38,556 nt of DNA, from positions 1 to 38,556 of the forward strand of contig JAXEOR010000156.1 of the NCBI GenBank assembly GCA_034117945.1, read 5' to 3'. Positions within the stretch are counted from its first letter, which is position 1. Each line of letters begins with the position of its first letter. Positions 18,319 through 26,292 of the stretch are shown in pieces. Under the pieces are notes generated by a model. The model was given only the letters and a program-made list of their open reading frames with translations. It was not told where the DNA came from and did no database searches. The DNA comes from Clostridia bacterium (lineage in GTDB: Bacteria > Bacillota > Clostridia > HGM11514). The position numbers and the translations under genes were made by a program.

Positions 18319-19575
18319 ATGGAAACGTTATTGAATTTTATTGGCCAGACAGGGTTTTCTCTGATTCCGGAGGATCCCAAGGTTTTGATTATGCTGCTCA
18401 TTTCCTTTGTGCTGGCATATCTTGCCATTGCAAAGGGCTTTGAACCCTTGCTGCTGCTGCCGATTTCCTTTGGTATGCTGCTGACCAACCTGCCGGGAGC
18501 AAATATGTTCCATGAAATTTTCTTCGCAGGCGGTCATGTGCATTGGGACTTGCTGGGCGGCGCTCCCGTTACCCTGGAATTTGTCAATGAAATGCGGGCG
18601 GCGGGTGTTTCGGAAGCAGTTCTTTCCACTTTGGAAATAGGAAAATCGATCAGCTTTGGTTTAATTGATATTTTGTACTTAGGGGTGAAGCTGGGGATTT
18701 ATCCCTGCTTGATTTTCTTGGGTGTGGGCGCAATGACCGATTTTGCACCTTTGATTGCAAACCCCAAAAGCCTGCTGCTGGGTGCAGCGGCTCAGGCGGG
18801 TATCTTCCTGGCCTTTATCGGTGCCAGATATTTGGGCTTTTCACCGGCAGAGGCAGGCTCTATCGGTATCATCGGCGGAGCAGACGGCCCGACTGCTATT
18901 TTTGTAACCAGTAAGCTGGCTCCGGCTTTGCTTGGTCCCATTGCGGTGGCGGCATATTCCTACATGGCGTTGGTGCCTGTAATTCAGCCTCCGATTATGA
19001 AGCTGCTGACCACCAAAAAGGAACGCATGATTACCATGAAAACCCTTCGGCCGGTTTCCAAGCGGGAAAAAATTGTGTTCCCCATCGTGGTAACAGTGTT
19101 TGTTGCCTTGCTGGTTCCCTCTGCGGCTCCCTTGGTGGGCTGCCTGATGCTGGGTAACCTGTTCAAGGAAACTGGAGTGGCAGACAGATTGTCCAAAACT
19201 GCACAGAATGAATTGATGAATATCGTAACGATCTTCTTAGGGGTTTCGGTTGGTGCTACCGCCACAGCCAATACCTTCTTAAGCGCAAAAACGCTGGGAA
19301 TTCTGGCTATGGGTATCGTGGCCTTTGCGGTAGGAACCGCAGGCGGCGTGTTGTTGGCAAAGTTTATGAACCTGTTCCTGAAGCAGAAAATCAATCCCTT
19401 GATCGGTTCTGCGGGCGTGTCCGCTGTTCCTATGGCGGCTCGTGTGTCTCAAACTGTGGGACAAAAGGAAAATCCGGGCAACTTCCTGCTGATGCATGCC
19501 ATGGGACCGAACGTGGCAGGGGTCATCGGATCTGCCATTGCAGCGGGAGTATTGCTGGCACTGTTTGGCGTGTAA
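18319..19575 (+). CDS. oadB: Na+-translocating decarboxylase beta subunit (OadB/GcdB/MmdB family)
   Basis: A polytopic 418-aa protein with family-typical segments ([23 protein letters not shown]). Confidence 0.85.
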   Translation: METLLNFIGQTGFSLIPEDPKVLIMLLISFVLAYLAIAKGFEPLLLLPISFGMLLTNLPGANMFHEIFFAGGHVHWDLLGGAPVTLEFVNEMRAAGVSEAVLSTLEIGKSISFGLIDILYLGVKLGIYPCLIFLGVGAMTDFAPLIANPKSLLLGAAAQAGIFLAFIGARYLGFSPAEAGSIGIIGGADGPTAIFVTSKLAPALLGPIAVAAYSYMALVPVIQPPIMKLLTTKKERMITMKTLRPVSKREKIVFPIVVTVFVALLVPSAAPLVGCLMLGNLFKETGVADRLSKTAQNELMNIVTIFLGVSVGATATANTFLSAKTLGILAMGIVAFAVGTAGGVLLAKFMNLFLKQKINPLIGSAGVSAVPMAARVSQTVGQKENPGNFLLMHAMGPNVAGVIGSAIAAGVLLALFGV

Positions 19576-19658
19576 CAACCATTTTTCCGGCTGGATCCTG
19601 CCTGCGGATCGGCCGGAATTTCACAAATGAGTTTGCGGGCAGAGAGGTGTGAAATGCT

Positions 19659-21062
19659 ATGAGCAAGGTAAAAATTACGGATACGATTTTGCGTGACGCT
19701 CATCAGTCTCAGGCGGCAACCCGTATGACCACCGAGCAAATGCTTCCCGGCTGCAAAATGCTGGACAGCATCGGCTATTGGTCTTTAGAGTGCTGGGGCG
19801 GCGCAACCTTTGATTCCTGTATGCGTTTTTTGAATGAGGATCCCTGGGAGCGGCTGAGAGCGCTGAAAAAGGCAATGCCCAATACAAAGCTGCAAATGCT
19901 GTTCCGGGGTCAGAATATTTTGGGTTATAAGCATTATGCGGACGATGTGGTGGAAGCCTTCTGTAAAAAATCCATCGAAAACGGGATTGATGTGGTGCGT
20001 GTGTTTGACGCACTGAACGATCCCAGAAATCTGGAGGCGGCCATTAAATTTGTGAAGCATTACGGCGGTATGTGCGAGCCGGCAATCAGCTATACCACCA
20101 GCCCCGTTCATAACGAGGATTATTTTGTAAAGCTGGCAATGACGCTGGAAAAAATGGGTGCAGATGTGATTTGTATTAAGGATATGGCCAATTTGCTACT
20201 GCCCTATGACGCATACAGCCTGGTGAAAAAGCTGAAGGAAAATGTGGGCGTGCCCATTCATCTGCATACCCATAATACCTCCGGTACCGGGGATATGACC
20301 AATTTGATGGCCATTCAGGCGGGTGTGGATATTGTAGACTGTGCGCTTTCTCCCATGGCCAACGGAACCAGCAACCCGGCTACCGAGTCTTTGGTTGCTG
20401 CTCTGAAGGGAACGGAATATGATACCGGTCTGGATCTGGAAAAGCTGAGCGACGCAGCCGCATATTACAGGACGGTGGCCAATCAGCTGAAGGAAAAGGG
20501 AAGCCTTGATCCTAAGGTGCTGAGTGTGGATCCCAATGCGCTGCTGTATCAGGTGCCGGGGGGCATGCTGTCCAACCTGATTTCTCAGCTGAAGCAGCAA
20601 AAGGCAGAGGATAAATATTATCAGGTGCTGGAGGAAGTGCCCAGAGTGAGAAAGGATTTCGGGTATCCTCCCCTTGTAACTCCCACCAGTCAGATTGTGG
20701 GAACTCAGGCGGTACTGAACGTGCTGGCCGGAGAGCGGTATAAAATGATTACCAAGGAATCCAAGGGCTTGCTCCGGGGTGAATACGGTCAGCTGCCCGG
20801 AGAGGTAAATCCAGAGGTTCGGAAAAAAGCAGGAATCAGCCCGGAGGATGTGATTACGGTTCGTCCGGCGGATTTGCTGCAGCCAGAATTGGAAAAATAC
20901 CGGGAGGAGTGCAAGGATGTTGCCAAATGCGAGGAGGACGTGCTCAGCTATGCGCTGTTCCCTCAGGTGGCTTCTAAGTTCTTTGAGACAAGGGATAAAA
21001 AGCCGGAGCCTGCTCAGGAGCAGGGCGGCGTTCGTACCTTGTATGTGGAGGATTTGTCCTGA
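19659..21062 (+). CDS. oadA: Oxaloacetate decarboxylase alpha / carboxyltransferase (5S) subunit without a fused biotinyl domain
   Basis: The N-terminus KITDTILRDAHQS begins an HMGL-like pyruvate carboxyltransferase domain. The protein is 467 aa and has no AMKM motif. Confidence 0.85.
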   Translation: MSKVKITDTILRDAHQSQAATRMTTEQMLPGCKMLDSIGYWSLECWGGATFDSCMRFLNEDPWERLRALKKAMPNTKLQMLFRGQNILGYKHYADDVVEAFCKKSIENGIDVVRVFDALNDPRNLEAAIKFVKHYGGMCEPAISYTTSPVHNEDYFVKLAMTLEKMGADVICIKDMANLLLPYDAYSLVKKLKENVGVPIHLHTHNTSGTGDMTNLMAIQAGVDIVDCALSPMANGTSNPATESLVAALKGTEYDTGLDLEKLSDAAAYYRTVANQLKEKGSLDPKVLSVDPNALLYQVPGGMLSNLISQLKQQKAEDKYYQVLEEVPRVRKDFGYPPLVTPTSQIVGTQAVLNVLAGERYKMITKESKGLLRGEYGQLPGEVNPEVRKKAGISPEDVITVRPADLLQPELEKYREECKDVAKCEEDVLSYALFPQVASKFFETRDKKPEPAQEQGGVRTLYVEDLS

Positions 21063-21076
21063 TTGCAAGTAAAGTT

Positions 21077-21110
21077 ACCGCGGTTTCAAAGGGAGCCGCG
21101 GTATTTTTTT
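21077..21110 (+). terminator. Intrinsic terminator of the decarboxylase operon
   Basis: ACCGCGG (21077-21083) / CCGCGGT (21096-21102) stem followed by ATTTTTTT. Confidence 0.8.
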
Positions 21111-21163
21111 ACCCTTTTTGGTCTTTGCACGTTCTTTGTTTGTATAATTTTTCAAATATTTCC

Positions 21164-21192
21164 TTGATTTATCATGTGATCTGTGCTATAAT
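21164..21192 (+). promoter_or_regulatory. Candidate sigma-A promoter for the SLOG-family gene
   Basis: TTGATT (21164-21169), a 17-nt spacer, then an extended -10 TGCTATAAT (TATAAT at 21187-21192). Confidence 0.5.
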
Positions 21193-21227
21193 AAGCATAT
21201 GACTGGAAAGGATAAGGGGGGATAAGG

Positions 21228-21722
21228 ATGGAAAACAGAGAGCAAAGCTGCTGCTTTACAGGCCACAGAATCATTCCCAAGGAGGAATATGCAGAGGTGA
21301 CCCGGCGGCTGCAATGGGAAATTGTGCGGTTGATCGGGGAAGGTGTCCGGTATTTTCAGGCCGGCGGGGCGCTTGGGTTTGATACGCTGGCGGCGCAAAC
21401 AGTGCTGCGCTTGAAAAAGTCCTTTCCCTCGATTCGGTTGATTTTGGTTTTGCCCTGCAAAACCCAGCATCAGTATTGGAAGGCGAAGGATTCCTTTTTG
21501 TATCAAAAAATCTTAAAAAGCTGCGACCGGGTAATTTACATTTCGGAGGAGTATACCAAGGATTGTATGTACCGGCGAAACCGTTATTTGGTGGATCACA
21601 GCCAATACTGCATTTGTTATCAAACCAAATCCAGCGGAGGTACCGCTTATACGGTCAATTATGCAAAAAAACAGTGCCTTTCGGTAACGAATTTGGCTCA
21701 GCAGCAGCTTTCATTTTTTTAA
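21228..21722 (+). CDS. SLOG-family protein (DUF1273, YpsA-like)
   Basis: The N-terminus CCFTGHR and a Rossmann-like GGALGFD motif are typical of DUF1273/YpsA proteins. Confidence 0.7.
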   Translation: MENREQSCCFTGHRIIPKEEYAEVTRRLQWEIVRLIGEGVRYFQAGGALGFDTLAAQTVLRLKKSFPSIRLILVLPCKTQHQYWKAKDSFLYQKILKSCDRVIYISEEYTKDCMYRRNRYLVDHSQYCICYQTKSSGGTAYTVNYAKKQCLSVTNLAQQQLSFF

Positions 21723-22036
21723 TGACCGTAGCAGCCTCCGGGTGAAAATTTCTTTTTACAGGCGTGTTTTCGGTTTTTCTCTTTGGTGTGGGCGCAAAGG
21801 CCTTTCTTTTTTCATATCCGAATCTTTCGTTTTGTTGTTCCTTTTTTGATAGGGTGGACAATACCGTTTGATCAAAAAACCTCAAAAGAAGAAACTTTTT
21901 AAAAAAGTAAAATTCACACCGTTTCATTATTATGAAAAACAAGGTATTATTATGAAAAGGACAAATTTTTATTGCAGATTCTTATTGAAGATTGATTTAT
22001 TTGACTGTATGTGAGAAAAATAAGGATGGAACTCGA

Positions 22037-22719
22037 ATGAAGAAAAAATACTTATCCATAGATGTGTATCAATCCCGCCGGAAGCGGTTTGAATATTCAT
22101 TTCAGGAATTTGATCATATTTATGTTTCCTTCAGCGGCTGGTAGGAATGTGCGCCAATGAATCTCTGCAGCGATACAGCGGATTTGTCAATAAAAAATAT
22201 GGCTATCAGGGTCGGTGCTGGATTTCCAAGCAATATAAAGATGTGTGGTGCGTGTGGCCTTTGTATGACTGGTCGGTCAATGATGTGTGGGTAGCCAATT
22301 ATACCTTTCATTATGATTACAACAAGCTGTATGATATGTATTACAAGGCCGGTCTGAAGCCGGATCAAATGCGGATTGCTTCTTTTTTCAATGATTACTC
22401 TAAGGATTGCTTGAATTTGTACCAGGTGATTGATCCGGCCGTCTGAGCAAAGCTGGTGGAGCGCGGTTGCAAGATTCGTCGCAACGGAATTTCTCAATAT
22501 ACCTTGGATAAAAAGTCCAGAATTGTTTTTCTGAAAAAATCCGATGATACAGACGATATCAAAAGTACCGAGGATATTCCCAGCTGGAAGCGAATGTGCT
22601 TCTGTGTTTTGAAACATGATCATACCTGCCGGTTTATGGGGTTTGGCCTGTCTAGGCAGGAACAAAAGAGATTTGATTTGATCAAACAAAAGTATGAAGA
22701 ATTTTTCAATGAGCAGTAA
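22037..22719 (+). pseudogene. Decayed IbrA-like gene (PAPS-reductase/PP-loop N-terminus plus DUF3440 C-terminus)
   Basis: There are three fragments. Fragment 22037-22144 ends ...DHIYVSFSGW*, cut inside the SFSGGKDS-type PP-loop. Fragment 22147-22446 (frame changed) ends at TGA, where ...DPAV*AKLVERG suggests a lost Trp. Fragment 22456-22719 carries the DUF3440-like IPSWKRMCFCVLKHDHTCRFMGF. Confidence 0.65.
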
Positions 22720-23281
22720 AAGTTATCAAAGTCCGGTGTATCAGGTAATTGCAGTACTCTTTCAAAAGATTGTGACGAATACATACAATCCGAATGTTAC
22801 TGCGTCGCCGGAAATGAAGCTGCTGTATGACAGTATCAAAGAGGATAACTATACCATGTCCATAGTGTGCTACTACAATAAGCAGCAGGATCAGTATGTG
22901 ATTATAGACGGCTTTCACCGTTACCGGGTGGATGAAGGAATCTCCTAATATTTATGAGAGGGAGCATGTATGCTGCCCGTGTCTGTGATTGACAAGCCCT
23001 TGTCCAACCAAATGGCCAGCACCATCCGGCACAATTGAGCCAGAGGATCATATGACGCAGATTTGATGAGTAATATTATCAAGGAGCTGCATGAAATCGG
23101 CCGTTCTGATGCATGAATTTCAAAGCATCTGGAAATGGGTAAGGATGAAATATTAAGGCTAAAGCAAATTACCGGAATGGCCGCCCTGTTCCGTGACGTT
23201 CAGTTCGGCCAGCCTTGGCAGCCGGAGGAGGAAGAAGAGGAGGAAGAAGAGGAGGAAGAGAATTTCAAAACAGCCGAATAA
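22694..23281 (+). pseudogene. Decayed IbrB-like ParB/sulfiredoxin-domain gene with four in-frame stops and no frameshift
   Basis: The ParB-like N-terminus reads NPNVTASPEMKLLYDSIKEDNYTMSIVCYYN...IIDGFHRYRV. The same frame stays interpretable to 23281 (ASTIRHN*ARGSYDADLMSNIIKELHEIGRSDA*ISKHL...poly-Glu tail). The stops are TAA 22946, TGA 22955, TGA 23036 and TGA 23114. Confidence 0.65.
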
Positions 23282-23415
23282 AGGGCTTGGATTCTCCGGG
23301 GGATTCTGCCTGCATGTCTTTGCAGCACCGAACTGTACGAAATGCATTTCCGAGGCCGGACGATAAACAAAATTCACTTTTCCGTCAAAATTTTTAAAAT
23401 AAAATCAAAAAACTG

Positions 23416-23444
23416 TTGACAAAACTCTCTCCGTCTGCTATAAT
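23416..23444 (+). promoter_or_regulatory. Sigma-A promoter of tRNA-Leu
   Basis: TTGACA (23416-23421), a 17-nt spacer, then an extended -10 TGCTATAAT (TATAAT at 23439-23444). It lies about 30 nt upstream of the tRNA. Confidence 0.75.
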
Positions 23445-23476
23445 ATATAAATGTGTTAGGAAGATTTCTTCCTCAT

Positions 23477-23563
23477 GCGGATATGGCGGAATTGGCAGAC
23501 GCGCATGGTTCAGGTCCATGTGAGAGCAATCTCATGGAGGTTCAAGTCCTCTTATCCGCACCA
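23477..23563 (+). tRNA. tRNA-Leu (anticodon CAG), class II with a long variable arm and encoded CCA
   Basis: Cloverleaf folded by hand. Acceptor GCGGATA/TATCCGC. Anticodon stem CATGG/CCATG with loop TTCAGGT. Variable arm TGAGA-GCAA-TCTCA. T-loop TTCAAGT. 3' ACCA. Confidence 0.9.
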
Positions 23564-23685
23564 CGTCGGAACGGACTTTGCTCCGTTCCGATTTTTCTTT
23601 GTAGAAAAATCAGTCACACGCTCCGTCGTTCCTCCTTTTTCGTGAAAAGTCACGCTCAGTTCGCCTGCTCGTTTGCAAACGCACT
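23564..23685 (+). repeat. Left copy of an imperfect inverted repeat directly 3' of tRNA-Leu
   Basis: It shares an ordered module with the reverse complement of 26170-26292. The module is CGTCGGA, a terminator hairpin, TTTTTCTTTnnAGAAAAA, a 22-nt perfect core TCCTCCTTTTTCGTGAAAAGTC (23630-23651), then TTTGCAAnCGCA. Confidence 0.7.
23566..23596 (+). terminator. Intrinsic terminator of tRNA-Leu
   Basis: Perfect 10-bp stem TCGGAACGGA / TCCGTTCCGA with a 6-nt loop, followed by TTTTT. Confidence 0.85.
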
Positions 23686-23960
23686 CGCGACGGCTCACAA
23701 TCGCTACCAACTTTTCACGATATTGCGCCTTCGGCGCAGCCAAAATCCCCTGTCGCTACTGTGTTTGCGGGCAAGTCCTGTAAGAACACGCGCACCATAC
23801 AGTAGAAATCCGAACCTTGTACCAATCGGTGAAGGGTTCGGATTTTTGTTTCTGTGGATTATTGTATTACGAAAAGACGATCCGGTCTGCATCTTGCGCC
23901 TTACCGGTACGTTTTTGCATTTGCGTTTCTTCTTCTCGTTTAAAGGAATTCAACAAGTCT

Positions 23961-25955
23961 TTAATTGATTCCAAAGGGAGCTTTTTTGAACTTGATACCG
24001 AAAAACGCTTTTGATTCCTCGAGATTCATAACGACCCATTCACGAGACTTTCTGGCCTCCAGGGTTTCAGGCAGCTCTTTGATCAGTCGATCCGCTTCAT
24101 ATGGTGCGCCGGCATTATAGCGAAGCTCGTTACTTCTTTTATCAATCACAAATGACTTTTTGCTTGTCTTCCAAGCGGAGCATACTGTCTTGATTGCATA
24201 TTTTCCGGTAACTTGTTCGTTAAAATAATTGTCCAGCGTCAGAGGGCGGATATATTCCGGTACGTCGGCATTTTCGCGGATCATTGACACAATAATATCC
24301 GAAGAATATTTTAAAATATCCGGAGCACTTTCCATATCATCCGATTTCATTGATTCGATCAGATCAGGAATAATGTCAAACATTCTGCGGAGGTACTCAC
24401 GGTAAAATCCTGTTCCGATTTCTTTTTGCACAAATCTGACCACATTGCTTTTCATTACTTCTGTATTTGTTAACCCTGCTTCCACCCGGCAAATCACCGT
24501 CCGCCTGATGACCTCCGGGGAAACAGCCTTAACGTCTTCGTTTGCACTGATCACAACCGCCGAGTAATTTGTAAGATGATCGGCAATTCCAAAATCATCG
24601 GTTTTGATGGTTTCAATGGCATGCTGATTAAAGCGCGTGTTGACCATATCGTCTACAATAATCGGCGCCCCCTGGACGGTGCGCTTTAAGCCCTCTATAC
24701 TGGAACGGGTAAATTCTTGGGCAGCAATTTTCGGCTTTTGTCCAATCATCATTTTCAGCAAGGTTTCAAGAAAGCTTGTTTTGCCGGCTTTGCTTTGGCC
24801 GTATACCAGCCCGAAAACAGGGTAGGGAAGGCGGTTTTGATTAAAACGCGCCGCCATATCACGCATGATAGCCATAAAGGGCGAACAGAAAAACCAGTTT
24901 GCAAATTCAAAATAGCGATACTGCATCCCGATATAATCACCGTGAAAACGGCTGTATCCGTCCATGTATTTGAGAAACAGCTCTACATCCCTTTTCACTT
25001 CCTCATTTGAGGGATTCAGATCCAGCTTTTCGTCGTTCAAGGTTGCAGTTCCGCTAAAAACGTCCAGTACCAACTGAGGATATTCATTTCGGAGCTCCTT
25101 TGTTTTGATGGCTTCCTCTTGGATATGTTTTTTAATCTTTACAAGCGTATCCGGCATCACTCTGATCTTCCCGGTTTTCTTATCGGGCTTTGGAAGCATC
25201 GGTTCCAGCTTTTCGGCGAGATTACGCGTTTCTAACGTAAACTCAATTTCAGCAGCATTCTCTTTGACAGGTTCAAGCACAATGGCTTTTGTTGATGCAA
25301 TGGTTTTGGAAATAGGCAACTGGTCAAGATTATCGGCCAGATCGGAAAAAAGCAGTGATTTGTGACTGATCTCATCTGTGCTGTTTTCCTTCAGACTATT
25401 GAAAACACTTAAGTACCAGTCATAGGCAGGATCCCCGTCAAGATAACAAATATTTTCTCTCTGGCGGCCTCCAAATGCGTTATAAGACAGATTGGCAGAA
25501 CCCATAATCACTCTTTTTCTGCCGTCTTCCGAGGATAACAGATATATTTTTTCATGGGAAAGCTGCGTTCTTGCAACGTATAAATGCACTTCACCCTGGT
25601 CGATTCTGCCAAGGATTTTGTCTTTTATTTTATTCGGTGCTTTTCTGATTCTTTCAATCAGCTGATTTTGAAATGCCATAATTTCCTGTAACTGATAAGA
25701 CATCACAGCTTCGCAGCCGAAAATGATTTCGCTTTCCTGAAAAAAATCAAGCAGCTTTCCAATAAAGTTTATCCCGGAAGAATAGGTAATTGCTTTTAAG
25801 GATGAAAAGCCCTGGAACAGTTCTTTCCACTCAACCGATTCGGCACCCAAATAGTCCATCTTGACCACGTCAATTTTGCCCGATACATCACCGAGCAGGG
25901 ATGTTTGATCAGTGAAATCATCAAATAATTGCTGCTGTATCATCTCCTGTTTCAT
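23961..25955 (-). CDS. Fusion protein: N-terminal single-HKD PLD-family nuclease domain plus C-terminal P-loop NTPase (664 aa); candidate defence or mobile-element protein
   Basis: I chose ATG 25955 because an AAGGAGA RBS precedes it; the ORF track starts at 26009. The HKD-type motif SHEKIYLLSSEDGRKRVIMGSANLS has H134 and K136 (nt 25548-25556) and GSAN at residues 152-155. Walker A is GQSKAGKT (nt 24777-24800). Walker B is PIIVDD. A VVISAN strand follows. Confidence 0.7.
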   Translation of the reverse strand: MKQEMIQQQLFDDFTDQTSLLGDVSGKIDVVKMDYLGAESVEWKELFQGFSSLKAITYSSGINFIGKLLDFFQESEIIFGCEAVMSYQLQEIMAFQNQLIERIRKAPNKIKDKILGRIDQGEVHLYVARTQLSHEKIYLLSSEDGRKRVIMGSANLSYNAFGGRQRENICYLDGDPAYDWYLSVFNSLKENSTDEISHKSLLFSDLADNLDQLPISKTIASTKAIVLEPVKENAAEIEFTLETRNLAEKLEPMLPKPDKKTGKIRVMPDTLVKIKKHIQEEAIKTKELRNEYPQLVLDVFSGTATLNDEKLDLNPSNEEVKRDVELFLKYMDGYSRFHGDYIGMQYRYFEFANWFFCSPFMAIMRDMAARFNQNRLPYPVFGLVYGQSKAGKTSFLETLLKMMIGQKPKIAAQEFTRSSIEGLKRTVQGAPIIVDDMVNTRFNQHAIETIKTDDFGIADHLTNYSAVVISANEDVKAVSPEVIRRTVICRVEAGLTNTEVMKSNVVRFVQKEIGTGFYREYLRRMFDIIPDLIESMKSDDMESAPDILKYSSDIIVSMIRENADVPEYIRPLTLDNYFNEQVTGKYAIKTVCSAWKTSKKSFVIDKRSNELRYNAGAPYEADRLIKELPETLEARKSREWVVMNLEESKAFFGIKFKKAPFGIN

Positions 25956-26026
25956 AGTGGTCTCCTTGAAAAAATAGTAAAAATATTTTTGGATCTTCCT
26001 TTGAATCAATATTCCAACCTAATTTT

Positions 26027-26055
26027 AGTATAGTATATTTTGGTATCAAAAGCAA
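26027..26055 (-). promoter_or_regulatory. Candidate promoter of the PLD/P-loop gene
   Basis: On the minus strand: TTGCTT (26050-26055), a 17-nt spacer, then TATACT (26027-26032). It lies about 70 nt upstream of the start. Confidence 0.4.
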
Positions 26056-26169
26056 GAACGATTACAGATTTGTTAAGGCGGCAGTGATCCGGCGGGATCA
26101 AAAAGCAGATTTTTTCAAGCTTTAAAAAACCTCTTACTCGCAAAAAGGTGGTAGTGCAGTGAAGGCGTG

Positions 26170-26292
26170 ATGCCTGCGCTTGCAAAGGCATAACCGCAGC
26201 AAACGAGACTTTTCACGAAAAAGGAGGAGCAAGGAAGCGAGCGGATGTTTTTCTGTAAAGAAAAACGGAGCAAAGCGAACTTTGCTCCGACG
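26170..26292 (-). repeat. Right copy of the inverted repeat directly 3' of tRNA-Glu
   Basis: The plus strand at 26207-26228, GACTTTTCACGAAAAAGGAGGA, is the exact reverse complement of 23630-23651. The flanking modules are collinear with the left copy. Confidence 0.7.
26261..26289 (-). terminator. Intrinsic terminator of tRNA-Glu
   Basis: CGGAGCAAAG (26266-26275) / CTTTGCTCCG (26280-26289) stem, with a T-run on the minus strand (26261-26265). Confidence 0.8.

Noticed and set aside
22444-23116. The idea that the in-frame TGA codons reflect TGA-to-Trp (or other) recoding instead of pseudogenisation
   Set aside because: Intact genes throughout the window terminate at TGA, for example thpR at 720-722, the Gfo/Idh/MocA oxidoreductase gene at 10471-10473 and several ATGA couplings. 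One TGA aligns with an expected Arg, not Trp. TAA also interrupts the same gene, and the partner gene has a large deletion.
23225-23260. GAGGAAGAA-type tandem repeat
   Set aside because: It is the coding sequence of a poly-Glu C-terminal tail of the ParB-like pseudogene. It is not a CRISPR array or a regulatory microsatellite, because there are no spacers and only a single short tract.
23869-23922. Tiny 17-codon ORF (MQKRTGKAQDADRIVFS) downstream of the PLD/P-loop gene on the minus strand, considered as a possible partner gene
   Set aside because: There is no convincing RBS. It is very short and lies just upstream (minus-strand direction) of the hairpin that probably terminates the PLD/P-loop gene. 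The evidence is insufficient.
23453-23968. 171-aa plus-strand ORF in the track, together with the minus-strand ORFs 23552-23743 and 23704-23892
   Set aside because: They run straight through tRNA-Leu, its terminator hairpin and the repeat module. They have no RBS and a low-complexity, Arg/Ser-rich translation. I treat them as non-coding shadows.
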